DNA of 64,000 bases from Monocercomonoides exilis PA203 (taxonomy: Eukaryota; Protista; Preaxostyla). The first letter of the stretch is position 1; every line of letters starts with the position of its first letter. The position numbers and the translations under genes are program-made. Under the pieces are notes generated by a model. The model had not been told where the DNA came from, made no database searches, and worked only from the letters and a program-made list of their open reading frames with translations. The DNA is taken from assembly GCA_001643675.2 (NCBI GenBank), contig LSRY02000014.1:1116001-1180000 (forward strand), read 5' to 3'. This document shows, piece by piece, positions 39,201 to 52,265 of the stretch.

Positions 39201-42200
39201 CAGCCTCATGCATCTCTTCTTTCTCTTTCTCAACAAGTGTAATCTTCTCCTTCGTGCTCTGTACTTCCTGCTCAGCTGCCTGTCTCTTTTCTTTCTCCTC
39301 TGAAATCTCTTTCTCCAACACTGACACTTTTTCAAGGAACTGCGCAACTTTTATCGTGGCATCTTTCAGTTTGTCTCCTTCTGCTTTGATTTCGGCTGTG
39401 AGCGCAGTTTTCTCCTTCTCGTGCTCTTTGGCTTGTGCTTCAAGTGTCTCTTTCTCCTTTTCCAATGATTCAAGTGCCTTCTCACTGCTCTGAATCTTTT
39501 CGTTCAGTTCTGCCATTGTTCCTTCACCTTCTGCAACTTTCTCCTTCAGCGCTTTCAACTCTTTCTCCTTTGCCTGCATGGCATGCTCGTTGTCTTCTGT
39601 TTCCTTTTCCCTCGTTCTCTCCATCTCGACAATCTTCTTCTCCACATCCGCTTTCTCCTTCCGCGCCTCCTCCAGCTTCTTCTTCAGATCCGTTTTAATC
39701 CGCTCCTGTTCTGCCATTTCCTTCTCTGCAGCCATCTTCCTTTCTTCCACTTCCTTCTCTGTCTTCTTCACCAGAAGCTCCGCTGCTGCCAATGCTGACA
39801 CTTTGAGCGCAAGCGTCTTCTCCACTTCGTTCTTCTCTGCCTGTGCTGCTGCCAGCGCAGCCGCTGCCTTCTGCTCTTTCTCCTTCCACTCGCCCTCTCT
39901 CTTCTCTTTCTCTTCTTCTGCCATCTCGTTCGTCAGACTCCGCGAATCCATGTCATTCTGTGCCATTGCCTTCCTTTCCTCTGCTGGATCAACACGCACA
40001 GACAATAACAGTGCCTCAATAGACGCTCCATCGCTCCCAATTGCAAACTCCTTTTTGTCGCGTGCCCACTTCTTCTTCTTGTCTTTGCTCTTCAGCTTGC
40101 TGTCCTTGCTCGCCTTCTCCTTCTTCTTCTTCTCAGCCTCCAGCGACAATGCTCCTGTTGGCGCGCATCGCACACTCGCATCTGAAGAGGCAGCAGCAAA
40201 CGGTGTGACATCCATTCCCGGAGCAGACTTCACAACAGACGAAGCAGCAGAAAACGACGAGGCAGAAGCTGATGGCTTCCCTTGAGTCAGATTGTCATAT
40301 GCGGACAACTCATCGTCTCCATCATACACCTCGTCCTCTCCTTGCTCGTCAGCCCCGCTCATTCTGCTCCTCTTTTTGCGGCCTCTGCCATCGCCCAGCC
40401 CGCCCGTAAACGGGACTGTGCTCCCAATCACTTTGTTCTCTTCGTCGAGCTCTTCGCTCAGATGCTGCGCCTCGTCGCTTCCTCCTTCTGCTGTGAGGAA
40501 CGAGCAGATCTTCGCCACCTGCGCAAACGAGGCCATTCCGAGGTCAATCGGCGGATGCGACGCCATCCAACCCGTTTTGTGGAGGGACTCGAAGCACGCC
40601 TCACAGAAGGGAGCTTTGCAGACGGTGCAGAAGTAGACAGCAGGCACAGAGTGCGAATGGGAATGAGAAGAGAGTCCATCATCAGAAGAGGAAGAGGAAG
40701 AGGAGGAACCGGAAGAAGAAGAAGAAGAAGACGATGAAGAGGCACTTTGACATCCGTAGCAGTTGGCGCAGCGGAAAGTGGGCCACGAGTCCGCATCATC
40801 AGCCAGCAGATCGACCGACAAGTTGTTGGCCGAAGGAGCAGACAGAAGCGACGGCAGCCCGCTCCGCAAAGAGGATGTCTTCGGAAGCACCACCAACGAC
40901 GACGGAGTGAACGGCGCCTGTGAAGCAGAGCGCGAGTGCTCAAACCCTTCATCGGGACTCTCGTCTTCTCCTTCACTCTCTTCTTCCTCTCTCTGCAGTC
41001 TGTACATGTTCCTGCTGGGGTCGGTGAGGCAGAAGAACGCTGAAAGGAACTCCTCAGGCGAGCGCTTGCGCGGCTGCGTAGCCTTTTCTGAGACCTCCAT
41101 GAGTCTCTGGTGCAGCGAGGCAGCAGATTTGGCTGTGTCGTCGTAGTCTCCACTCAGAAAGACCTCACTCGCATCGGTCTGCACAGACGCATCGCTTGTC
41201 TTTTTTGAAGCACCAATCCGAGTCAGCGTTAAAAGCCGATCCAGCTCAGCAATGGCACTCCCACTGCCACTTCCTGCTCCTTCTGCTTTTGAAGCACCAG
41301 CAGAATCATCTAATTCTCCATCTCCTTCTAATTCTGCTCCGATTCTGCTTCCCGCTTTGCTCCCCTTCGAGTCCCCCATCAGCTCCATCAGCTCCCTCGC
41401 CCTCTTTTCCAGCCCTGCCTTCACTGCCTCGCTGCTCTGCAGTGCAAACTTCAGTTTCTCGTTCTCCATCGCCAGCTCCTCTGCCCTCGCGGCTGCCTCG
41501 TGCTCTCTCTCCTGTACACTGTCCAGCGCCTGCCTCAGCGCATTCATCTCGTCGAGCTGCGTCTCTGCTGTCTCCAGCTCCGCCAGCAGGTTCTCCTTCA
41601 CCATCCTTTGCTCTTCCATCTGCTGCTTCGCCTCGAACAGCTCCATCTGGATCGTCTCCAGCGCTGCCACTTTCCGCCGCATCTCGTTGAACGCCCCCAT
41701 CATCGGGTCTCTGCTGGCATCGGAATCATCGCCTTCTCCTTGTCCTCCCAACGATGCATTGCCAGAGGAAGAAGATGACGATGATGACGACAGCAATCCA
41801 GCTGCTTTCCTCTTCTCGGCAAACTCCTTCTGCCTCTTCGCCCGCTCTTCGGGTGTCATATTCGCGTTCCCTTTGTCTCCTTGCTGGTAAAACGCCAGTT
41901 CTCCCTCCAGCAGACTCAGCTGCCCTTTCAGCGACTCGATCTCTCTCTGCGCCTTTTCGAGCAGCTTCTTCAGCTCCGCGGCGCTCAGCTCGACGTTCAC
42001 TTTCACTGCGTTTTTGACGGCCTTTGCACGTTTCCCGAATTGGAGTGTGGAAAGTGTCTCGAGGGCGTTCGTGCTGGAGGCTGAGCAGCAGATGATGAGC
42101 ATCGTGCGGGAGTTCCCACCAAAGGTCTCCTGCAGCATACGCGTCAGTTTGGAGTTACGGTAGGGAATGTGGGTGACTTTCGGGTCGGTCAGGGCGTTGA

Positions 42201-43623
42201 TCACATTGCCAAGGGCTGAGCAGATGGGATTTTTTGAAAAATAACAGATGAATTCGAGATATAACATGAAGTGAAAATAATTGAATGAAGATGATTAAAA
42301 TTATTGTTTTCATAAAACAAAAGCCAAAAAACTCTTCTCAAACCCGAAAGAGACATGTTGATCTTCTTTGCTTCTTCGAGTGTCTGCCCTTCTGCTCCTG
42401 TTTGTGAGATCTTTTCAGAGCCAGCAAGATCCACCAGATACAGCCGCCCTGTCTTCACACCGCCTGTGATGCTGCTCTTCTGCTGGACGGTGACCATAAA
42501 CACAGTGTGGGAACGAGACGACCGCTCGTTCATTCCTGTTGGAGTTTGAAAGGAAAGGGATGGAATGAGAGGGAGGAGGCGAATAGTTAAAAAAAAAACA
42601 ATTTCAGAAGAACATCAGTTACAAAATGTTGAAATATTGATAATAAATAAAATGAAAATTTGTAAGTAATATAATCTCATTTTCATTTCTGCTTTAAAAA
42701 AATCAAACCAGTTGCAGCAGTTTTTCTTGATGAATCTCCCTTTTTTAAAAGCATCATAAAGTCTGCAGCATTTGAGCAGAAATATTCAGTAACACCAGCA
42801 ACGTAGATTCCTTTCTCAACACTTTCGTGGATTTCAAGATTTCCTTTTGTAGCTATAAATAGTAATTACAAATTATTGTTAAATTTATTCGTTAACAACA
42901 AAATATCATACGATCGAGAAGATCAAGAATTCGTTCCATGTAGATTTCTACATAGCTAGCTTTGACAGTAAATTCAAGTTCTCTATCCGCATGGGAAATA
43001 GAATCAAAAAGATGGGAAATCATTCTTGGAACAATTCCTGCGGTATTTTCATCATAATCATCAGGTCCCTAAAAAAGATAGATTTTTAAAAATTTTCAAC
43101 ATGAAAACGTATACCATCATTGTGAAAGTTTTTCCTGAAGAAGTTTGGCCATATGCGAGAATTGTTCCGTTTATTCCTTGGAGAATATCTGCATACGTAA
43201 GTTTTTTTAACAGTTAAAAGAAAAAATTATTGCTTCAAAAAAAGAAAATTGTGAAAAAACCATTTATAATTGGACGCGCTGACTCATCGTAAACAGATGA
43301 TTGCTCTGTATTCAAAGGAAACACTCTGTCGTAAACAAAATCTTTGTTTCCACCATCCATCTTTTAAAAAAAGCAAAGAAACAGGATTGATAGGAAAGCT
43401 ATCTAAAATTTTAAAACAAAAATCATTACAAACAAGTAATTCTACGCTCTTTTTATCTGCTCCAAGATTCACACAAATTTTGCCATTCTTAGAAAGCTCG
43501 AGACCATTTAAAGGACGAAATCGACAAATAACTTGGACATTTCCACTGGGAGCCGCATTTGTCTATAATTGGAAACATTTGTTCAGACTTTCTAGCAAAA
43601 ATAAAATTTGTTCAGCACACCAT
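36289..43623 (-). CDS. Kinesin-1-like heavy chain with B-box zinc finger and long coiled-coil; many 5' introns
   Basis: Exon fragments [89 protein letters not shown], and a kinesin-1 neck [12 protein letters not shown]. Confidence 0.92.
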
Positions 43624-43712
43624 TGGCCAAAAATAAACCTTCACAAAATAATAGATCTATCCCGCAGTTATTTACATAACTTGATTGTTAAATTTTTGAA
43701 AGAGTGGTGGAA
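43624..43712. promoter_or_regulatory. Putative bidirectional promoter, about 89 bp between divergent start codons
   Basis: Inferred kinesin ATG at 43623 (-) and NT-C2 gene ATG at 43713 (+). Confidence 0.5.
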
Positions 43713-46700
43713 ATGAGTTTTTTTGGAAAAAAGAAAATCAAACAACGATTTCAAATTCGAATCAGTGAACTAACTCGTCTTCCTCCTGCTTTGTGTGGAG
43801 CTACCTTTTCTGTGGGATGGGTTAGAGGTAACATGCTCTCTGCTTCAACAAGAAAATGTAGTGTTGATCATGGTGCTGCATCTTTTGCTCACGATATTTT
43901 TACCTTTGAAGGTCATATCATTGAACAAAAAGGAGAACCAAATCCCAAACCAATTATATTTTATGTAAAGTGCCATCTACCACCTTCAATTCATCGGGTT
44001 CTTGGTGAAGTTAGGTTAGATTTAAAGGATGTTTATTTAGCAAAGGGTATTTTTAAAGGAACTTTCCCTATTGCTAAAACATCCATGCTACCTGGGACTC
44101 GGTTGTCAGTTGAAATCGTGTCATCTGATCCAACAGCACCACTTGCTCTCATGCCTGATTCCACCTGCAGAAACGTTGTTGTTAAAGAAGGAGATGCTGC
44201 TGCAAAGCGTGGAGCTGAAAGAGCAGCAGCATACGAAAACGTAAAATTGTTTCCATTTTTCAATGCCGAAGAGTTAGAAAAACTTCGAGAACTTCAGCCA
44301 AAATCTCCGCAAATTAGTCCAGTTGTAGTTGAAGAAACGATTGAGCCTGCTGAGCAAAGCGATGCCCTTGTAGATCAACAAGAGCATCGCGAAGAGCCCG
44401 TTAAAAAAGAAGAAAAACAATCTGATGTTGATGAGGAAGATGAAAATGCTGGGAATAACCAGAGGGTACGTGAGTTGGAAGCAGAATTAATTCGCGAAAA
44501 GAAGCAGAGGGAAGAAGATGTCGAAGAACTGAGGAGAAGAAACGTTGAAACAGAAACAGTTTTAGAAAAAGAAAGAGAAGAAATTGCAAATAAAGAGATA
44601 AAATTTGGGAAAAGTCTTGCTGAAGCCAAAGAAGAGATCGAGAAACTGCACGTGGCTTTGAAAGAACAAGAATTGCAGAATGAGAAAAACTGTCTTGCTG
44701 AGAAAGAGAAAATGGCAGAGTTGGCTGAACTGCGCAAAGAACTGGAAGCGAAGAGCAGTGAAATGCAGATGTTGAATGAAGAATATCAGAAAGCAGAAGA
44801 GAAGATTCAGGAGCTGAGTCAATCATTTGAGTCCTCAAAGCAGTCTGTCGAAGTATCTCAACAAGAGAAAGCGAAGATGGAGCAAGAAATTAATTTACTG
44901 AAGGAGCAAGCTGAGGCAGGAAGAATGGTCAGTTCAGAAGTCGATGACTTGACTGAGCGGCTTTCAGAGCTTGAAAAAGAGCTTGAAAAAGAGAGGAACG
45001 AAAAAACAGCTATTGAAGAGAGGATGACTTCAGTAGAATTACAGCTGCGTGCTGACATTGGAGGAAAAACGGAAATGATAGCAGATAAACAGAAAGAGAT
45101 TGAAGAATTAGAGCAGAAAATTCAGACTGCTCAGGGATCTTTAAGAGATGCTTGTCTGATGCATGAGAAGGAAATTTGCAAGTTAAAAGAAGAGCACGAA
45201 ACCACTCAGAAAACACTGCTGAGCAAAGAAAACGAGCTCAGGCAGCTCGAAGACAAATTAGCTCAAATGGAGCAGAAGCATCGTGAGTGCGTTGACTCGA
45301 ATGAACAGCTCATTTCCGCCAAGGATGCAGAAATCAGCCAACTGAAAGCAGATCTGAGTGTGCACACGCAGGAGCTGCTGGGTGCGCTTGACCGGCTGCA
45401 GAATGCGATTGACGCGAGCAAAAAGCTGGAGGAAGAGAAAGACGAGCTGAGCGGGCTGAACTCGGAGGCGTGAAGCATCAGCGACAAAATGAGGGCGGAC
45501 TGCGAGAAGCTGGAGGAGGAGAACAGCGAAAAGGAGCAGAGAATCGCAGTGATGCAAGGAGAAGCAGAGGAATTGAATGAGCAGATTGAAGCGTTAAGAA
45601 AACAAGTGATGGAAGAAAGTGAAAAGAGGGAGGAACTGGAAAAAGAACAAGAGAAGATGAAAAGCTTGATCGAAGAGGAAAAAATGAGATTTTCTGAGGA
45701 GCGGCAAAATATGCAAGAAGAGATGGAAATTTTGATTCAAAATGCTCAAAGGGCTGAAAATGAGCTGAAAAGCCGAGAAAAGCAGTGGGTGAGTGAGATT
45801 GAAGAGAAAGAACGGCAATTGAAGCAGAATTTACAGGTAAGAGAAGCACTGGAGCAGAAAAACGAACAGAACATGCGGTTGATGAGACTGAATGCTAAGT
45901 TAGAAGCACAAGTCGCTGCTTTGGAGCGCGAGAAGGAGGAGACTTCAATGAAACTTGCTTAGATTGAAGAAAACTTCCAAAAAAGCAGTGTAAAAGCGGA
46001 GGCAGAGAAGAAGGAAATGGTCTTTACGCTAAGTGCAATGCAAAAGGATCTCGTAACAGAAAAAGAGCTGAGGAGGAAGATTGAAGAAGAATTCAAGATA
46101 GAAATAGACAAAAGCCAGACAAAAATTGAAATGATTGCAAATAAGAGCAAAGAGGCTATTAAAGCGTTGCAACAGAAGGAAAACGAAATGAAAGACTTGC
46201 TGAGCAGCCAACAGAAGACAATGAAGGAGGAGCAGGAAAAGAATGCGAAGGAAATTGACCAGCTGAAGGAAGCAAGAAGGGAAATCGAAGAGCAGATGAG
46301 GAAAAGGGAAGAGGCGATGAAGTTAGAGAAAGAGCGGTTGGAGGAGGAAGTGGCTGCGGCAGAAGCGGAAGCAGCAAAAGAGAAGGAAAAGAAGGAAAAG
46401 ATGCGCAGCCAGCTGGCTATTTTGATGGATGGCCCGGCGACAGAATCAGACAAGGCAGAGATCATTGCAGAAGAGAAGGAGAAAGAGGCAGAGGAAAGGA
46501 AGGAGCTGGAGGATGAGATCAAAAAATTGAAGGAGTTGGCAAAGAAGACGGAGGAAGAGTTGCGAGAGGAAAGCAAGAGAAAGTTGCAAGAGCAGAAAAT
46601 GGAATGCAAAATGGCCATTGAACTTAAAGAAAAAGAACATGACGCAGAGATAGAAAACTATTGCGACATGGTTCAGAAACTGAAAAGGAAAATGGAAGTA

Positions 46701-49700
46701 TTGCTTGCAGAAAAGAACGAAATCGAAATGCGAATGGATGCGCTTTCGGAGGAGATCGAAGCACATTCAATGGATGAAACAAATATGATTGAGCGTCTGA
46801 AGCGCGAACGTGAAGTGCTCCTGCAGGAAATGGAGGAAAGAGAAAGAGAGCGGAACAAGAAGTATGCAGAAGAGATAGCCCAGCTGAAGGAAGCGAATGA
46901 GGACGCGATGGATAGGCTGGTGCAAGGATTCGAAGAAGAGAAGGCGCTGCTGGAGGCGGACGAGATGCTGACAGCACAGAAGTTGGATGAGGCACAAAGG
47001 GAAAATGAAGCATTGCTCAAGCGGATTGAAGAACTTGAGAATGATGGCTTAGAATTGAGGGAACAGCGGAAGGAGGTGGATGCGCTGGTTGCAGAAAAAA
47101 TGCAGATGATTGCTACTTTGGAGCAGGAAAATAACAACTTTGAGATGGGACTCGCTGAAGTGGAAGGGGAATTTGCAGAAAGATTCAAAAAACAAAAGGA
47201 AATTTCCTTAGCACTTGAAAGCGAAAGAGAAGAATTGGTGAAAAGACACTTGAAAGAGCTGGAGGCTCAAGAGAAGGAGAAGCAAAGGGTTTCGGAGCTG
47301 ATCAGCGCCTTGAAGCAGGAAATTGAAGAGCTGCAGAAGGAAATAGATGAAATCAATGAGAATGTTATTCAGGAGCGGCAGGCGGAAGAGGAAGAGAAGA
47401 AGAAGTTGGAGCGAATGATTGAGCAGCTCAAAGAAGAGCAGATGAAAGAAAGCAAAGAGAAAGCCGCAAATGCCCAGGTTTTGCTGGAGACGCAGCAGAT
47501 TTATCAGCAGAAGGAAGGGCTGCTGAAGAAGGAGATTGAAAGACTGAAGGGAAATCTGCTGGCTGTGGAAAAGGAATGCAATGAAGCGAAGGCGAATGTG
47601 ATTCAGTTGAGAGCAGAGAACGAAGAGGTCAAAGAGAGAATTGAATCAAAAGCAGCTGAAGAAACTGCTTTGGCAGCCAAATATGAGAAGGAAGAGAAGG
47701 AGCTGAGTCAAAGAATAGAAGCACTTGATGCTTTGCGGAATGAATTGAAGAGAGAAAATGAGGGACTTAAGAATCGATTACAGAAAGCAGAGGCAGAAAA
47801 AGCAGAAGCCGCAGATGCTGCCAGAGAAGAATTGAATGAAAAAGAAGAGGAGCTGACGATGGCGAGCGAGCAGCTGTTGGATCTTGATCAATCAGTCAAA
47901 GAGAAGGTGAATGCGATTGAGAGATTGAGCCAGCAAGTGAGGGAGTATGAGGAGAAAGAGGAAGAAGAAGCCAAAAAAATGAAACAGAGGAAAGACGCTA
48001 TGATGCAAACAGATCAAGAAAAGAAAGAAGAAGAAGAAGAAGAAGAGAAATTGGAAAAAGATGATTTGATCGAAGACGCTGCTTGTGATACTTCAGATTT
48101 GTGCTTTATGGAAGAATTTGGTGTTCAGACTGAAGAAGAAAGTGTTCAAGGATTAGCTGTTTCTAATAACGCTCCACAAGAGGAATCAACAGAAATGAAG
48201 ATGACAAAAGACGAGCCTAATGAAAGTGCAATAAAATCTGACGAATCATCCAATGAAGCAGAAGAATTGAATGAAAAGAAAGAAAAATCACAGAGCGAAG
48301 CTGAGTTTATTAAAGAAGACAGTTTGGAAGCTGAGCTTAGCCACATGCAGTTTCAGCTGAAAATTGCGCAGAAAGAAATCGAAGACGAAAAGAGCAGAAG
48401 AGAAGCTGCTGAAAAGGCGCTGGCGGACATTCAAGAAAAGAAAGCTAAAAAGGAAGCAAGAAAAATGGAAGAAGAATCGAAAGAGAAGGAGAAGAAGAAG
48501 GAGGAAGAAATAAAGGAAAATACTTTGTTGAGTGAACAAGGCAAAGACAATTCAATATTAAAACAAGCAGAACAAGAATCTCTTTCTGTGAAAAATCCTC
48601 CGTCTCCTCGTTCGTCAATAGCAATCTCTACACAAATACAAGAAATCCCGTTGAAGCAGCCAACGTCTCAGTCATCATTACAGTTTGCTTCAGATGCTGC
48701 GTCGCTTCTGATGTGGAATCCAAATGTGCCATCTTCGCAGAGCTTTTATTCCAAACAGCTTTCTGAGTTTATCTCCACTCTGCCTTCAATCCTGTTTAAT
48801 TCCTTGTTTTTATACCCGCATCTCTTTATTAATTCTCCTTCTGCGTATTCTTTGCTTGTCCCCATTCCAGCTTCATTCCCACCGCTGCCTCAGCTACTGC
48901 TTGTAATGGCCCGACCAGAAACGCCACTGCACATCATCAAGTATCCTCCAGTCACTGAATACCCTGTCACATATGTTCGCAGCATTCCCTTGCGTTTTGC
49001 TCTTTCTGTGCCAGCTTCTTTTTCACCGCTCCATGTTGCAGAATATTCGGAAGATGAAGGCGGATCATCTGCTGCTCCGATGTGTGTTCCGCTGGCTGCT
49101 GTGCTTCTCTGCCGCGTCTGCTTCCTTCTGTTGAACAAAGACCAGACACCACCGGTACCAGCTTTGAAACATGCTGCCTCGTTCTCAGTGTCACCTATCC
49201 TCGCTCCTTCAAACGTCCCTCCGCTTCCTCTGGACTCTTCTTCTTCTTCTTCTTCTTCTTCTTTGTCTTTGTCTTCCTCTTCCTCTTCCTCTCCTCATTC
49301 TTCTCTGACACATTCAGATTCCATGGTGGATATTCACAGCCCTCGCGAGCCTCCGCCAATGTTCCGTCTGAACGAAGCAGCCGACTGCCCTTCTCTGCGC
49401 CATTGCTTATCTCTGCTGCTTTCTTTGCTCGTGCCAGCCATCGTCCGCGACTTGTCTGTGTCTTCACAGTCGCCTCTTCTGCACTCAGCTGCCTTTTGGC
49501 TCGGCATCTGCTTCTGCCTCCTCTCCTTTTTCGCGAAGATGAGAGAGAGCACAAAAAGCCCTGTTGCTCTTGCTGTTGCTGCTGCGACTTCGACGCCGCT
49601 GCGTCAGAGCGTTCCCCCTCGACCTGCTCAGAAACGAGGACTGCACTCAAAAACTGGATCGTTTTCTTTGCGCTTTCTTTCGCGTTCGTCATCATCTTTG

Positions 49701-51451
49701 AACTCTCCTTTGGCGGCTTCTTCTACTACTTCGTCTTCTCCCCCACCTTCTCCTTTGTCTGTTTCTTCAACTTCTCCTTCACCTTTTTCCTCTTCCTCTG
49801 CTTCTGCTTCTCCATCTCCTTCTTCTCTGCAGCATTCTTCGAGTTCTCTTCGGTTCAGTGAGTCTAACTCCTCAATGCTGCTTTCATTGCTGAATACAAC
49901 CATTGAGCTTTTGCTTAGCTGCTGCAATTACATCATCCATCGGGTGGGCAAGTTTTATCTCCAGACAGAAATGAACAAGCATGTTACAGTGGAGATTCTG
50001 AGAGCACTGGAAATGGAAATCAGAGGGGGATTCAAGCACACAAAGAATGCAAATGTGTTAGAGTTTGTTATTTTCTTTAGTGTTGTTGTTTCTTTAATAT
50101 TGGCTGTGAAAAAAAAAATAATTAACATATTTCTTTAAAATCGTTTGATTTTCTCTCTTTCTCATTGTCAACTTTTGTTTTTCGTTCACACAGATATTCT
50201 GACGACACAACAGCTGGTCTACTAGCCACATTAACCAGCATCCACGCCCACCTTCAGAAGCTGTCATCACCCGACGACCCTCAAAAGCGAATCTTATCCA
50301 CCTCTGTTGTCGATGCCATTATAGCTGAGATTCTGCAACAGTACTCAGCATCACTGGCCAACCACCTTTTGAACTTCGAGACACGCTTCTCCGTCTCAAT
50401 GGGCTTCCAGCTGCGGATGATGTGCACAGAGATCGGTGACTGGGTGCGCCTGCACTGCCCGCGCCTCAGCCACCCAGCCTCACTCTGCCGCTCGTCTTCC
50501 AAACAGCCACGTGCAGCTTCGCCTTCAACTGCCTCGTTGATGTTCGTTCCGCCATACTCGTCGCTCGACGACCTGCTGAATCCGCTCTGTGAGATGAGCA
50601 TCGCTCTGACGACGGACATGACGCTGCTGCTGTCGTCTGCCACGCGCAAGGAGCTCTGCCGGTCGCTCTCTGTGCGTGCACTGGCAGTGCTGCTGCAGCG
50701 CATCCAGCCGTGTCCCATGTCTGGCACCGTCCCACCAAAGGAGGTGCTCGACGACATTGTGGTGCAGCGCCGCTTTGAAGAGAAAGAGGCGCTGTGGGAG
50801 AAGGAGACGGAGTGCCGAGCAGCAGAAGCTGATATTTGCGCAAAGCGAGACGACACGCTGATAGAAACAGATGCAATTAACGTTGAAGTATTCAATCACA
50901 TGCTGTATGCAAGTAATTTTGTGCATGTTGCTCCTGCTGCTTCCGCTTCTTCCGTTGTGTCTGGAGCAAGTCGTATTTCAGCGTGTTCAGCCACTTCGGA
51001 TTCAGCTTCAGCTTCGTCAAGTTCGAGTTCCTTGTCAGATTCTGTTGCTGAATCAGTGGCCACACAAGAAAAGGAAACATCAACAGTCATTTTGATTGAG
51101 AAAGAAGCAAAAGAAGCAAAAGAAGATGATCAGCCAATGACGGAAGATGCGAAGCGCATGGAGGAGCAAAAAATGTTAGCGCAGTTGACTGAAAAGATTG
51201 AGCAGCATGTGATTGATCAGCTTGACAGCCAGAGCAAAAACAAAGGCAAAGCCAAGGGAAAAGTAAGTGGTCAACAGGGTCTGCTTTTGTCGCCTGTGCA
51301 GTCTGCACATCGCAATTTCAAATTGCTTTGTTCATCGTTGACTTTGTTTTTGGAGCCAAGAAATTCAGATAATTCGACGTTTCCAAGTGATTCTTCATTT
51401 AGTTTGCTTGACTGTAAACTTCAGACAGTTCTGTCTATGTCTATTGTTTAA
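43713..51451 (+). CDS. NT-C2 (EEIG1/EHBP1) + long coiled-coil + Dilute (DIL) domain protein, with two in-frame stops
   Basis: NT-C2-like KQRFQIRISEL...VGWVRG...VLGEVRLDL. ORFs 43704-45473, 45489-45962 and 46017-50138 share one frame. Intron 50063-50193. DIL-like SLANHLL...SMGFQLRMMCTEIGDW...LLLSSATRKELCRSLS. Confidence 0.75.
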
Positions 51452-52265
51452 ATGTTATATATGTAGATTTTGTAGATTTTTGCTTTTCGGAAAATGATTT
51501 TGATATGTACATTAAACTTTTATTGGTCAGATCGTCAATTAGTTGATTTTTCATTTATTACGAGCATGCCTCTTAATTTATTGTTTTATTTTGTGTGAAA
51601 TTGTTCGAATTCGATTTGTTTTAATTATAAAGATGTTTCCTATTAGTTTCTTCTTCTTCTTTGTTTTTCATAAAAGTTTCTTTTTGATAAATAAATCTCT
51701 CTCTTTATTTTTTCGATAACTTGTGTTTGGTGTAGTTATCCTTATATTTTTGTTTTGCAGTCCGAACATTCTGTCAAAATTCTTCATTTTGTTAATATTT
51801 TTCGTTTCTCATTGATATGTAAAAAACACTAATTGATTAATGCAATGTCTTTTTTGGAAACAGTGACTTTAAAATAAAATCAAAAATATCAACTTCCTTT
51901 TTGAAAATCAACTGAGCGAGGAAATACATGCAGATAGCAAAAAGAATAACATGACAATATAACTATGAAAGAAAATATACGACAATAAATAATTTTCAAA
52001 ACATATTAATCAAAAATAGCTAGAAAATCACAGACATAGTTTTGAGACAATTGTTTATGAAAAATCTATTTTTCGTTCATTTTGAAAAAATGAAAGGAAT
52101 AATAAATGAAAATGAAAATGAACAGTCATGAGAAAAAACATAAAATAATAATAATTATTATTATTATTATCCTATTTCTTTTGGTTCATCAATCCATTTC
52201 ACTTGCAGATTCAAAGCAACTGTCCACTGGAAAAGTCCACAAAATATAGCAAGAAACATGTTGTT

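Noticed and set aside
45471-45473. Selenocysteine TGA
   Set aside because: Coiled-coil context with no redox motif, and no SECIS recognised.
45960-45962. TAA/TAG = Gln reassignment, as in some oxymonads, to explain the in-frame stops
   Set aside because: TAA terminates TrpRS, RPAP3 and the E2 at their expected ends, Gln uses CAA/CAG throughout, and long ORFs almost never contain TAR.
13952-49927. Many 60-270 aa antisense or alternate-frame ORFs (poly-E/D or S/F-rich)
   Set aside because: Shadows of poly-Ser and Glu/Lys-rich coding sequence on the other strand or frame.
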